Origin: Pyrinomonadaceae bacterium
GTDB lineage: Bacteria > Acidobacteriota > Blastocatellia > Pyrinomonadales > Pyrinomonadaceae
Direction: 5' to 3'
Length of the DNA stretch: 64,000 nt
Assembly (NCBI GenBank): GCA_035644135.1
Contig: DASQPD010000188.1
Location: 142,079-206,078, forward strand
Shown: positions 9,551 to 20,000 of the stretch, one piece after another
Layout: every line of letters starts with the position of its first letter
How positions within the stretch are numbered: the first letter of the stretch is position 1
The notes under the pieces: model-generated
What the model saw: only the letters and a program-made list of their open reading frames with translations
Database searches by the model: none
What the model was told of the DNA's origin: nothing
Program-made: the position numbers and the translations under genes

Positions 9551-11071
9551 ATGCTGGTTCACCTTCGGCGATTATCATCGCAGACTTTGATTTACGGTTT
9601 AGGCGACGCGGTTACACGTGTCGCCGCCTTGATCTTACTGCCGATCTACACACGTTTTCTGACCCCTGACGATTACGGCAAGTTTGCCATTGCTACGTTG
9701 TTTGCCACCGTGCTGGCGCTTATTCTCGATTTCGGCCAGCGAACAGCATTCTTCCGCTTCTACTTTGATACTGACGATCCGATTGCGCGCCGCAAACTAA
9801 CCGGCACGGTTCTCCTCTTTCTCCTGTTAGCTTCGACCGCAGTTCTAATCCCATTAACATTGTCGTTTAACCGCCTCGGCCCCTTGCTCGTCCGCGATGC
9901 GAGCCTTGTGCCGCTAATTCAAATCAGCCTGATCAGCACGTTTTTCGATGTCGGCTCGGCGATTCCTTTCGCCATCTTTCGAGCCAGACAATACGCCGCC
10001 AAATATGCGGCGCTGTCGCTCGCCCGCTTCACAATTAACGTAACGCTCAACATCATCGCTATCGTGGTCCTTCATCTGGGAGTGGTTGGCCTGGTTTATG
10101 CCAATCTCGGAACCTCGGCGCTCTTTTTTCTCATCTGCCTCGTGCTAACCGTGCGCGATATCGAATGGACCATTGAACCGACTCTCTTAAAGCAGCTTCT
10201 GCGCTTTGGTCTGCCGCTTATTCCTGCTGGCCTGGCTTATTGGATATTGAATCTTTCGGATCGGTTTTTTCTTCAGAGATACGCAGATCTAACTCAGGTG
10301 GGGCTTTATTCGGTCAGCTACAGCATCGCGGCAGTACTGCACATGGTAATAGGCTGGTTTAATACCGCGTACGCGCCATATTGTTATTCGATAGCGAAGG
10401 AGCCGGGGGCCACTACAATCTACGCGCGGGTGATGGTTTATTCGATTGCCCTGCTTACGCTGCTCGGACTGGGGTTAAGCCTCTTTGCGCGAGAAGCCTT
10501 AGCGTTGTTGACGCCACCTTCCTATCATGCCGCAGCTCCGATTGTTCCCTTGATTGTGCTTTCGTACCTGTTCTTCGAGGTGTACTACATTGTTTCTTTC
10601 GGGTTCGATCTCACGAGAAAGACCGGCTATGCTCCTTTCATCATCGGGACAAGTGCGCTGATAAATCTAGGCCTCAATGTAGTACTAATTCCGCGTTATG
10701 GAATGTACGGAGCGGCTGTGGCTACTCTTGTCTCTTACATGTTATTGCCGGTGATTGAGTATCCGATTGTGCGTCGACTTTATCCGGTTCCTTACGCTTG
10801 GGGCCGCCTGGCGAAGCTATTCATCATTAGCTGTTTAGTCTATTTGGCGGGCGCGTGGCTCAAAACGGGCCGCATTTTGATTGATCTTGGTAGTGGGCTT
10901 TCACTGATTCTTGTTTGGGGCCTGGCCTTGTATTTGGCACGATTCTTCACGCCGCCTGAGCTTTCCGCCGCACGTGCGGCGGCGCAGCGGCTCACCACGC
11001 TTTTTCGTAAGGGACTCCCACCACCTACGATCGAAAGTGTGGTAAGCGGAGAGAAACCTGACAAGGGTTGA
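9551..11071 (+). CDS. wzx: Wzx-type oligosaccharide flippase (MOP superfamily)
   Basis: Roughly 12-14 hydrophobic segments. The N-terminus LIYGLGDAVTRVAALILLPIYTRFLTPDDYGKF is typical of polysaccharide-biosynthesis (Polysacc_synt) flippases. Confidence 0.8.
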   Translation: MLVHLRRLSSQTLIYGLGDAVTRVAALILLPIYTRFLTPDDYGKFAIATLFATVLALILDFGQRTAFFRFYFDTDDPIARRKLTGTVLLFLLLASTAVLIPLTLSFNRLGPLLVRDASLVPLIQISLISTFFDVGSAIPFAIFRARQYAAKYAALSLARFTINVTLNIIAIVVLHLGVVGLVYANLGTSALFFLICLVLTVRDIEWTIEPTLLKQLLRFGLPLIPAGLAYWILNLSDRFFLQRYADLTQVGLYSVSYSIAAVLHMVIGWFNTAYAPYCYSIAKEPGATTIYARVMVYSIALLTLLGLGLSLFAREALALLTPPSYHAAAPIVPLIVLSYLFFEVYYIVSFGFDLTRKTGYAPFIIGTSALINLGLNVVLIPRYGMYGAAVATLVSYMLLPVIEYPIVRRLYPVPYAWGRLAKLFIISCLVYLAGAWLKTGRILIDLGSGLSLILVWGLALYLARFFTPPELSAARAAAQRLTTLFRKGLPPPTIESVVSGEKPDKG

Positions 11072-11152
11072 GGAAAACGTTTCGGAAAATCGCTGTTATG
11101 AAATGCGGCTCGTAATAAATACTGATATACATCCATATCTACAACATTCGAT

Positions 11153-13318
11153 ATGCGACAAGTTTGTTTGAATGAACGACAAGAACTAATCGTGGCTCAA
11201 GTACCTGCGCCGACGGTTCTACCTGGGCAGGCATTGATAAAGACTGCCTATTCCCTAATTAGCTCGGGAACGGAATTAGCTTCGACCTCTGGGCCACAAC
11301 AGAGAACCTTGAATCGCAGGCTTGACCAGGCGAACAAATTGCGCGCGAGTCTTCAGCGCGAAGGTATCGCTGCAACACTTTCAAGAATTCAACAGCACCT
11401 CAATCGGCCACCGATCCTTCAGGGTAGGGGGTATCTGGCAGCCGGCGAAATACTCCAGGTCGGCGAAGGGATTGATGATCTTCAGGCAGGTGATTTAGTC
11501 GCGTGTGGGGGAATTACCGCAAATCACGCAGAGATCATTACGGTTCCTCGCAATCTGCTCGTACGCGTACCTGCCGAAGTAGATCTGCGCGAGGCCTGCT
11601 TTACAACTCTCGGAGCTATCGCCATACAAGGCATCCGGCGGGCGGAGGTAACCTTTGGCGAAACTGTTGTAGTAACTGGAATGGGCCTCATTGGCCAATT
11701 GGTGACCCAATTACTGCGGGTTGCGGGATGCCGCGTTATTGCCATAGATCTGATTGAAAAGCGTTTGCACCTGGCCAAAGAATTGGGTTCACAACATGTA
11801 ATAAAGGCCGATGTTGAAGATGCGGTTAGCCGCGTACACCAAATCGCCGGCGATTATGGCGCCGATGCCGTGCTTGTCTGCGCCGCAACGCCCAGTGATG
11901 TACCCGTGAATCAGGCGTTTGAAATGTGCAGAGAGCGCGGCCGCGTAATTATTGTCGGCGACGTGGGAATGAGGCTGGACCGGGAACATTTCTACCACAA
12001 AGAACTCGATCTTTTGATCTCTCGCTCTTATGGACCCGGTCGTTATGACTCAGAATATGAGCAGCTCGGCGTCGATTACCCGATTGCGTACGTTCGCTGG
12101 ACTGAGAACCGCAACATGGCTGAGTTCATCAGGCTTTTGGCCGAGCGCAAAGTGCAGGTTCAACCACTAATCTCGTCGGAATATGAATTGGACCAGGCCG
12201 CGGACGCATATCGCTTCCTGGCAGAAAAATCCAGGGACACCCTGGGCGTCGTGTTCCGCTACGAGGCAGAGAAGGGGCAGGATGATTCCCGCGTCGTTCA
12301 CCTGAAACGATCCGTAGTGGTAAATCGAGCGGACCGTACTCGCGTGGCAGTCATTGGCGCCGGGAGCTTTGCGCGCGCTTATCACTTGCCCAATTTGATC
12401 GGCAATCCTGACTGCGAGCTTTCAGCGATTGCGAATCCGACCGGCACCAGGGCTCGGCAGGCAGCGCAGGAATTCGGCGCGGCGTACTGCACCACGGACT
12501 ATCATGATGTGTTGAAGGACGAAAACGTTGACGCCGTCATCATTGCGACTCGACACGATTTGCATGCCCCAATCGCAATTGAGGCAGCGCGTAGCGGCAA
12601 GCATATATTCGTTGAGAAGCCGCTGGCACTTACGCTGGAGGATTGTACAAACGTTAGCCGGGCCGTTTCTGAGGCAGGCGTGCTGCTAACGGTTGGATTC
12701 AACAGACGTTTCGCACCACTGGCAAGAGAGTTGAAGAGAGTACTTGTCGGTCTGGGCAGCCCTAAAATGCTTACGTACCGGGTTAATGCCGGATACCTGC
12801 CGCCCGATCATTGGACGCTCGACAAGACGCAGGGGGGCGGCCGGATTCTGGGAGAGGGATGTCATTTTTTTGATTTGCTTTACTATCTAATTGGAGCGGA
12901 ACCCGTTCGTATCACGGCAACCCTGGCCGAAGCCTCCGACGGGGCCTCGAAGGATCCAGCCAATGTATCTGTAAACATTTCATTTGCTGACAGCTCAGTT
13001 GGAACCTTGATGTATACGACAGTTGGTCACAAGGACCTGCCTAAAGAAAAGCTCGAGGTCTTTGCAGCCGGGCAGGCATTTGTGCTGGACGATTTCAGCT
13101 CCCTTGAGTCTTACGGCGTGGATCTGCGAAAGTCCCAGGAGAAAGCAGACAAAGGTCACGCGCAATTATTGCAGCACTTCATCCAGGCGGTCCGTGGCGA
13201 GACGGCCCTGGAGATTACAGCTTGCGACGGAGTCAGGGCCACACTCTGCGCGTTGAAAGCATTGGAATCAATCCGCACTGGCACGTTTGTCGATATGCGT
13301 GCGAACGGAATCAGATAA
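11153..13318 (+). CDS. Bi-domain oxidoreductase (Zn-ADH/MDR-like N-half plus Gfo/Idh/MocA C-half)
   Basis: N-half: GDLVACGG..ANHAE and VVVTGMGLIGQL. C-half: VAVIGAGSFARAYHLPNL, EKPLALTLED and GFNRRF, typical of Gfo/Idh/MocA sugar dehydrogenases. Confidence 0.8.
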   Translation: MRQVCLNERQELIVAQVPAPTVLPGQALIKTAYSLISSGTELASTSGPQQRTLNRRLDQANKLRASLQREGIAATLSRIQQHLNRPPILQGRGYLAAGEILQVGEGIDDLQAGDLVACGGITANHAEIITVPRNLLVRVPAEVDLREACFTTLGAIAIQGIRRAEVTFGETVVVTGMGLIGQLVTQLLRVAGCRVIAIDLIEKRLHLAKELGSQHVIKADVEDAVSRVHQIAGDYGADAVLVCAATPSDVPVNQAFEMCRERGRVIIVGDVGMRLDREHFYHKELDLLISRSYGPGRYDSEYEQLGVDYPIAYVRWTENRNMAEFIRLLAERKVQVQPLISSEYELDQAADAYRFLAEKSRDTLGVVFRYEAEKGQDDSRVVHLKRSVVVNRADRTRVAVIGAGSFARAYHLPNLIGNPDCELSAIANPTGTRARQAAQEFGAAYCTTDYHDVLKDENVDAVIIATRHDLHAPIAIEAARSGKHIFVEKPLALTLEDCTNVSRAVSEAGVLLTVGFNRRFAPLARELKRVLVGLGSPKMLTYRVNAGYLPPDHWTLDKTQGGGRILGEGCHFFDLLYYLIGAEPVRITATLAEASDGASKDPANVSVNISFADSSVGTLMYTTVGHKDLPKEKLEVFAAGQAFVLDDFSSLESYGVDLRKSQEKADKGHAQLLQHFIQAVRGETALEITACDGVRATLCALKALESIRTGTFVDMRANGIR

Positions 13319-13329
13319 CCATCCCGGGT

Positions 13330-15474
13330 TTGAGGGCCGCCTTATCTTTGGCTGAATCTTCCGAATACAAAGGCAAACCTCCGCTCGCTTTCCTTAGACC
13401 GGGCTTTCGCACGGTTCTTCGAGGAGAAATAAGTGCGCGCGTCGCCCTGCTGGAGTATCTGCATCGTTGTCGGGTCGCGCTGAGCCAGCGATACCAACGC
13501 AAATACGCCGATCACCTTGTTTCGCAGCCGGCTCGACTCCTGCCGCAATTTCAAAACCTCTCGTCCGCCGCCTTGTTAGAGCATTTTCGGGTGCGACAAA
13601 CACCAGCCTTTTTACCCGGGTTCATGGAGCCTCATCACACAACCGCATCGCTACAGAGAAAACTTTTCCCGGCGGAGACTGAGCGAATGCTGGAAGCAGC
13701 GCAGTTGATCAAGAGTGGGCACAGTTGGCCTTTGCTCGGGTTCGGCCAAATGGATTTTGGTGATCAGATTCAGTGGAACCGCGACCCACTCTCCGGAAGA
13801 GTTTGGCCGCTCGATTTCTACGCCGATATTCCAATGTGGCACTCGGATGGGTCGGACATTCGAGTCTTATGGGAATTAAATCGGCTCGGTCATTTCCTGA
13901 CTCTGGCCAAAGCGTACGTAGTAACCGGAGACGAAGAACTGGCGGAAGAATTTTTTGCTCAACTCGAAAGCTGGCGTATGCAGAATCCCGTGGCCCGGGG
14001 ACCGAATTGGAATTGTGCCATGGAGGTTGCCCTGCGCAGCATGAACCTGCTTGCAGCTTTTGCGATTTTCCGGAAGTCAAATAGTCTCAGTGAAGAACGA
14101 CTCAGAGTGTTCCTGGCAATCTTGGACCAGCATGGTGTCCACATTCGGCGTAACCTTGAGTTTTCACATGTAGTACGAGGCAACCACTACCTTTCAGATC
14201 TTGCAGGCTTACTCTGGATCGGAATCATGTTGCCCGAACTTCAGGCCGCCAAAGCATGGCGCGAGTGGGCCCTTGCGGAACTGCTCAGGGAAATGGACAG
14301 ACAAATCCTGACAGATGGCGCGGATTACGAGGCGTCAACGGGTTACCACAGGCTTGTGCTTGAGCTGTATCTCTATTCGTTCATCCTTTGCCAGGCGAAT
14401 GACATAAGGATTGATCAGAGGTACTGGTCCATATTGCACTCAATGCTCAGTTACACCCGAGCATTGCTTCGCCCCGACGGTTTTGTTCCGCTTATCGGTG
14501 ATACCGATGGTGGCCAGGTGTTGCCGCTGGTCCATCACACCGGGGATGATCACGCCTACTTGTTACCTTTGGGAGCAGTTGCCTTGGACGAACCTGGGTT
14601 CAAGCTGCAGCAGTTACCGGCATCGGAAGAAGTGCTTTGGGTTTTCGGAGGAAAGGGCCTCCGGCAATACGACGCCCTTCCGGCTGCCGCAGAAAAAGCA
14701 TCATCGCAGGCATTTCCCGACGCAGGAACCTATGTGCTGCGCAGCGAAGATCTGTTTTTGCTGTTTAATGTCAGTGGGACTGGAATGGAGGGCAGGGGTG
14801 CCCACGGACACAATGACGCGTTGAGTATCGAAGTCTCAGCGTGTGGGCAGCCTTTTCTGGTGGATCCCGGGCTCTTCGTTTATACAGCCGACTTGCACGA
14901 GCGACATCTATTCCGATCGACCGCCTACCATTCAACCATTCAGGTGGGTGCTTTCGAGCAAAGCAGCATTAGCGAGAGCTCGCCGTTTAGCATGGGAACG
15001 GAGGCTCAACCACGGGTTCTGGACCACGAACTGGGCATCGAGCACGAGTACGTAGCGGCCGAACACACCGGTTATCAGCGGTTGCCGCACCCGGTAACCC
15101 ATCGCCGCACAGTGACATTTTTCAAGCTTGAGCGTTATTGGTTGGTTGAAGATGAACTGTTCGGTGCTGGTGAGCAGGAGCTTGTGGCGCGCTTTCATTT
15201 TGTTCCAGGACTCGACGTCCGGCCGCAAACCGATGGCAGCGTAGTAGCGTACGACAAGGTTTCCGGCTCGCAACTGGTCGTTTATGCGCTTGACTTGCAA
15301 GAGGTTGCACGCACGGAAGCACGCTTCTCATCACGTCACTATGGCCACAAATCAGCATCGATCGCCGTTTGCTGGTTATTGAAAACCGTCTTGCCCCGCA
15401 AGCTGCGCTGGGTACTTCTGCCTATCTGTAATGCAGAAGACCCAGCCGAAAGAATAAGAGTCGTGCCGCGTTAA
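13330..15474 (+). CDS. Heparinase II/III-family (alginate-lyase-fold) protein
   Basis: Stretches WNRDPLSGRVWP, WELNRLGH, NWNCAMEVALRSMN, HYLSDLAGL and GAHGHNDALS are typical of heparinase II/III-like proteins. The start is uncertain: no in-frame ATG lies between 13222 (97-nt overlap with the upstream gene) and 13624, and in-frame TTG codons occur at 13330 and 13348. Confidence 0.75.
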   Translation: MRAALSLAESSEYKGKPPLAFLRPGFRTVLRGEISARVALLEYLHRCRVALSQRYQRKYADHLVSQPARLLPQFQNLSSAALLEHFRVRQTPAFLPGFMEPHHTTASLQRKLFPAETERMLEAAQLIKSGHSWPLLGFGQMDFGDQIQWNRDPLSGRVWPLDFYADIPMWHSDGSDIRVLWELNRLGHFLTLAKAYVVTGDEELAEEFFAQLESWRMQNPVARGPNWNCAMEVALRSMNLLAAFAIFRKSNSLSEERLRVFLAILDQHGVHIRRNLEFSHVVRGNHYLSDLAGLLWIGIMLPELQAAKAWREWALAELLREMDRQILTDGADYEASTGYHRLVLELYLYSFILCQANDIRIDQRYWSILHSMLSYTRALLRPDGFVPLIGDTDGGQVLPLVHHTGDDHAYLLPLGAVALDEPGFKLQQLPASEEVLWVFGGKGLRQYDALPAAAEKASSQAFPDAGTYVLRSEDLFLLFNVSGTGMEGRGAHGHNDALSIEVSACGQPFLVDPGLFVYTADLHERHLFRSTAYHSTIQVGAFEQSSISESSPFSMGTEAQPRVLDHELGIEHEYVAAEHTGYQRLPHPVTHRRTVTFFKLERYWLVEDELFGAGEQELVARFHFVPGLDVRPQTDGSVVAYDKVSGSQLVVYALDLQEVARTEARFSSRHYGHKSASIAVCWLLKTVLPRKLRWVLLPICNAEDPAERIRVVPR

Positions 15475-15962
15475 ACCAATCGTAAGCTTCGATTTCAAAA
15501 AAATGCTTGACTTCATGCAGCAACATTGAATATTGTGCACCGCCACTTTGAATTGGAGCTTTAATAGCCGCCAACCTTGCTTCTTAGATTTGGCCCTAAC
15601 CTCTCTACGTTGAAACTATTTTGGGATATGACTTGATACTTTTATTGGCTCTTAAGCTCATCCCGACTCTCAAGTAGAGGTCAATAGGAGAATATTCGTT
15701 CTTGTCAGACTCAGGCCCAGGGTGGTATTGCTGAAGGTAATAGCCTAGTCACCGCATCACCTCGACGCATCCTCTACCGGCCTTAGGAAGTCACCAAGTA
15801 AACCTGTAACTCGCGAGTCATTGAGTGTGTATCGGACTTTTCGTTCGGCCACCGTGACCCCCAGCCTACGCTGGTCGCGTCGGCGATAACCGATTGCTGG
15901 CCTTCGCGGCAACGTGATCCTAACTAAACAACTGATAACCCACCTCGATAAGGAGAATTTCA

Positions 15963-16880
15963 ATGAGTAAGTTTCGCCACACTTTTCATGGTTTAGCAGT
16001 CGTCATTTTCACTTTGACGGTTACTTCCCTGGCCCAGGCACAGGCGACCCGCACCTGGGTCTCCGGAGTCGGCGATGACGCTAATCCGTGCAGTCGCACT
16101 GCTCCTTGCAAGACGTTTGCGGGCGCCATCTCGAAGACCGCCGTCAACGGTGAGATTGACTGTATTGATCCGGGTGGCTTCGGAGCTGTAACCATTACGA
16201 AATCCATCACGATCGACGGTGGCGGTACGTTTGGTTCCATTCTTGCGGCGGGAACCCAGGGTATCATTGTCAACGACGCTACCAACACAGCCGTCGTGAC
16301 GCTTCGCAACCTCTCCATCAACGGGGCCGGAAGCGGCACCAACGGCATTAACGTGCTGGCCGGAAAATCACTTCACGTCGAGAATGTTGAAATTTTTGGT
16401 TTTACCGGCAACGGGATAAATGCGGCATTGAACTCAGCGCCCGTAGCCGGCTTCGACTTGTTTATCGACGATGTGGACATAAGGGACCTTCGCGGAGCGG
16501 CATCCATTGGTGTTCGCCTGTCCGCGCCGTCGCAATTCATTGCGTCCGTAATGGATCACGTTCGAATTGAAAGAGTTCCCACTGGTGTCCAGGCAGGCAA
16601 TCTCTCTGTCGTCGCCATCAGGAACTCTCTGATCACTCTTGGAACCACAGGTGTTGCAATGCTCGGCGGCTCAAACGGAATCATTGAAAACACAATGCTT
16701 ACGAGTCATACGACGGGCATATCTACGGCGGCTAGTTCCACTACCCGCATCTCGCAAGTCTCTATCATCTTATGCTCGACGGGCATCGGCGCCGGCGGAA
16801 CGGTCCAATCGTCCGGGAACAATAGAATCCTCGGCAATACGTCGGATGGTCTAACGCCAACAGTCGTCAACCCGAAGTAA
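15963..16880 (+). CDS. Secreted right-handed parallel beta-helix protein
   Basis: SD aaggag lies 8 nt upstream. Signal peptide LAVVIFTLTVTSLAQAQA. The mature N-terminus TRTWVSGVGDDANPCSRTAPCKTFAGAI is followed by repetitive G/N/I-rich ~22-aa turns (ITIDGGG, NLSINGAGSG, NVEIFGFTGNGIN). Confidence 0.7.
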   Translation: MSKFRHTFHGLAVVIFTLTVTSLAQAQATRTWVSGVGDDANPCSRTAPCKTFAGAISKTAVNGEIDCIDPGGFGAVTITKSITIDGGGTFGSILAAGTQGIIVNDATNTAVVTLRNLSINGAGSGTNGINVLAGKSLHVENVEIFGFTGNGINAALNSAPVAGFDLFIDDVDIRDLRGAASIGVRLSAPSQFIASVMDHVRIERVPTGVQAGNLSVVAIRNSLITLGTTGVAMLGGSNGIIENTMLTSHTTGISTAASSTTRISQVSIILCSTGIGAGGTVQSSGNNRILGNTSDGLTPTVVNPK

Positions 16881-16895
16881 CCGTTTAGGAGAAAA

Positions 16896-16960
16896 CCCTC
16901 TTCCGCCGCTGTTCCTCCCTCTTAGATCCGGCACACGGCGGAAGGGAAATTTCCTTTTCG
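16896..16960 (+). terminator. Hairpin plus T-rich tail downstream of the beta-helix gene
   Basis: The stem cttccgccg (16900-16908) pairs with cggcggaag (16936-16944). The stem is flanked by ccc/ggg and followed by aaatttccttttcg. The 27-nt loop is long for a classic intrinsic terminator. Confidence 0.4.
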
Positions 16961-17092
16961 ACCAGGTAGGCGATTGTCCGTTTGCGTACCGCCGTTGGGC
17001 AGCGCGCGGAGCAATCACATTGAGGTCTACTTCAAGCAGGGCTTTGACGCTAGACCCCGCCACGCGAAGTTAACTCGGAAGGATGAAACGCG

Positions 17093-20000
17093 ATGAAAAT
17101 CTGTAGTACCTCTAAAATCCTTCGCCTTGCCGGCAAGATGAAGAGTCTACCCACTTTTACTGTACCGGCCCTCGCCACAAAACAACGTAAACTTAAATTA
17201 ACTTTTGGTTTGCTGTGTCTCATTCTCGTTGCTGCCGCTTTCTACACCGCTTCTTCTGCTTCATCGGTAGCTCGTCTTTCTGACGGTAGCTCGCGAGGTT
17301 CGCAAATCAAGGAGAAGCGTCGACTATCAACTCTGCGGGAGCCCGCGCGATTTCCTGGGGCGAAAGGTCTGTTTTCTCTCCCGCTGCCAGCCCTGCCACA
17401 GGCGCCGGCTGATGAATCAATTGAGACATTCGCCTCCGATTGTGTAACTCCGCAAAATGTCTTCAACCTGGGCGATACGGTTTGCGCGCGCATTAGCAAC
17501 GCGCCTCTCCGTGATCCCGCATTGCGGCAATTCAGTTGGAGCGGCACCAAAGGCTTTGTGCGCCAAACTCAGGATGTCACTTTGGATCCGGACACTAATT
17601 TGTTCACTCTTCCCGGATCCAATACCTCGACCATAGACGATGAAATTGTTGATAACCGCGGTACCTGGAATGTCAGCAGCAACTCCTCCGGCGACAACAC
17701 GACTCGAGCTGTTGCTTATTTCAATGTGAGCGATCCGGCCAACGCGGCTGCCGACCTGGTAGTCTATGACTCAAGCCCCGAAGAGGCGCCGATAACACCC
17801 GGCGTCAACACGGCATTCTTCTTGTGGATAAGTAACACCGGTCCGGACGTTGCCCAGAACGTTCATGTGACCCAGGCGTCGCCTCCCGGCCTGACATTCG
17901 TCTCAGCCACCCAGGACACTGGGCCAACCTTCAATTGCACCAACAATATGGGGATGGGGATCACCGACTGCTCGATTGCCAGCCTGGCGAGTGGTGCCAC
18001 AGCAACTATCACTCTCAACTATGCAGTTAGTGGCAGCGCATCGAACGGCGTGGTTTCCAGTGTGGCTGATATTTCCAGCGACACCAACGATCCGCGCCCT
18101 GACAACAATTCGTCTTCGGCGCGAGTCGAAATACGGGCCGCTGGAGGATCGCCTGCTACGTGTGCCCTCGGCTGCCCGGCGGATATCATAGCAACGGCAA
18201 ATACGACTCAAGGCACTCAGTCGGGCGCCTTCGTTAATTTCACTGGCAGCGTCGAAGTATCTGGTGATTGTGGAGCGGTAACTTTTAATCCGGCATCCGG
18301 ATCATTCTTCCCGGTAGGCACAAATTCAGTCGGCGTTACCTCTGGAACTGGCGGTGGCTCGTGCAGCTTCACGGTTACCGTGCTGTCCTCTGCGGCGCCG
18401 ACAATTGATTGTCCTCTGGCCGACGTTACGGCTCAGGCCTCCGCAGGTGAGCTCGAATTGTCCGTCAGTCTGACGCCGCCGTCCGCAACCGGCACCGGAG
18501 TTACCGTCAGCGGTATCCGCAGCGATAATCGCGATGTAACGGATCCATATCCAGTCGGAACAACCACTGTTACATGGCGAGCGACCGACTCCAATGGCAG
18601 GCTGGCGTCGTGCCCGCAACGCGTAATAGTTACAAACACAGATGCGCCGACCATCTCGTGTCCAACTAATAGAACCTTTACGGCAGCTCCGGGGACATGT
18701 GAAAAGACAGTGCTCATAGAAGATCTCGGCACTCCTTCAACAACGCCCTTTGGTCTGCCTCTGACAGCCGAGCGCAGCGACAGTCTTTCCCTTGGGGCTC
18801 CGTACCCGGTGGGACAGACTGTTATAACGTGGACTGCCACAGATAGCTTCGGCCGCTCAGTTTCTTGTGATCAAACAATAACTGTAACCGGTACAGGAGA
18901 CACATCTCCGCCTGTGCTAAGCGTTCCGCCCGATGTGTTGGCATTCACCAGTTCATGTTCAGCATTGCTCGATGATGAACTGGGCGTTGCTACGGCGACT
19001 GACGATTGCTCATCCTCCGTGAACATCACGCGCACGGGCGTTCCTGCGGGTTTTGTTTTCCCGACTGGCACTACCAATGTTACTTACAAAGCAACTGATG
19101 GTTCCGGAAACATGACAACGGGCATTCAACACGTCACTGTGAAGGAAAGTCCGGCCATACCTCCGACCGTCACTGCACCAGCCAATGTCCTCGCAGACAC
19201 TGGTCCGGGTGCAACGATCTGCGGAACGGTTGTCAGTGACGCAACCCTCGGTGTCGCTACGGCAAACGATAATTGCCCGGGAGTGACTATCGCACGTACT
19301 GGCGTACCAGCCGGCAATGTATTTCCGGTGGGAACCACCACAGTTATCTATACGGCGACTGACGCTTCCGGCAACACTGCCTCAGCCAATCAAACGGTCA
19401 CGGTCACGGACACCACACCGCCAGTTGTAACCGCTCCGGCCGCTGTGACGCTCTTTACAGGTCCCGGCGCCACTTTGTGCGGCGTCACAGTCAGCAATCT
19501 CGATGCTACTCTCGGCACGGGCTCGGCCACCGATAACTGTGCGGGTGTTGGCGCTGTGACTCGGTCTGGATTACCTGCCGGCAACGTATTTCCGGAGGGA
19601 ACCACCACGGTTACTTACTCGGCAACCGACGCTCATGGCAACACGAGTTCGGCGAACCAGGTCGTAACAGTTGTTGACAACACCGCTCCGCTAATCACGT
19701 GCCCGGCAAACATCACGCTGGAGCCAACCTGTCCGTCTGGCGCGGTAGGTACTTATACCGCACCGGTCGGGACGGACAACTGTCCGGGAGCAACAACCTC
19801 CAGGACAGCTGGTCTGGCAAGCGGATCGGTCTTCCCGATCGGCACTAACTCGGTCACCTATACCGTCAATGATGCACACGGCAACTCGACTTCGTGCTCG
19901 TTTACGGTCACAGTGCTCACACCGGCGGCGGTTATCCAGAACATGATCAATGAGGTTAACGCGCTTCCCGGACTTAGCGGAACACAACGCCAAGGATTAC

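Noticed and set aside
15507-15536. A sigma70-like promoter, TTGACT-18 nt-TATTGT, in the AT-rich spacer. It would imply a ~430-nt leader for the beta-helix gene and a possible riboswitch.
   Set aside because: It is kept only as a remark. The promoter consensus for this phylum is uncertain, the -10 match is weak (4/6), and I could not recognise any known riboswitch core (for example c-di-GMP) in the leader by eye.
15757-15963. A 68-aa minus-strand ORF in the leader of the beta-helix gene.
   Set aside because: It has no SD and no motif. It ends by overlapping the beta-helix start codon region, so it is more likely non-coding leader sequence.
18871-19608. Regularly spaced ~265-bp repeats that could resemble a CRISPR-like or satellite array.
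   Set aside because: The repeats are in-frame coding repeats of the HYR modules. The period is far too long, and there are no short direct repeats with unique spacers.
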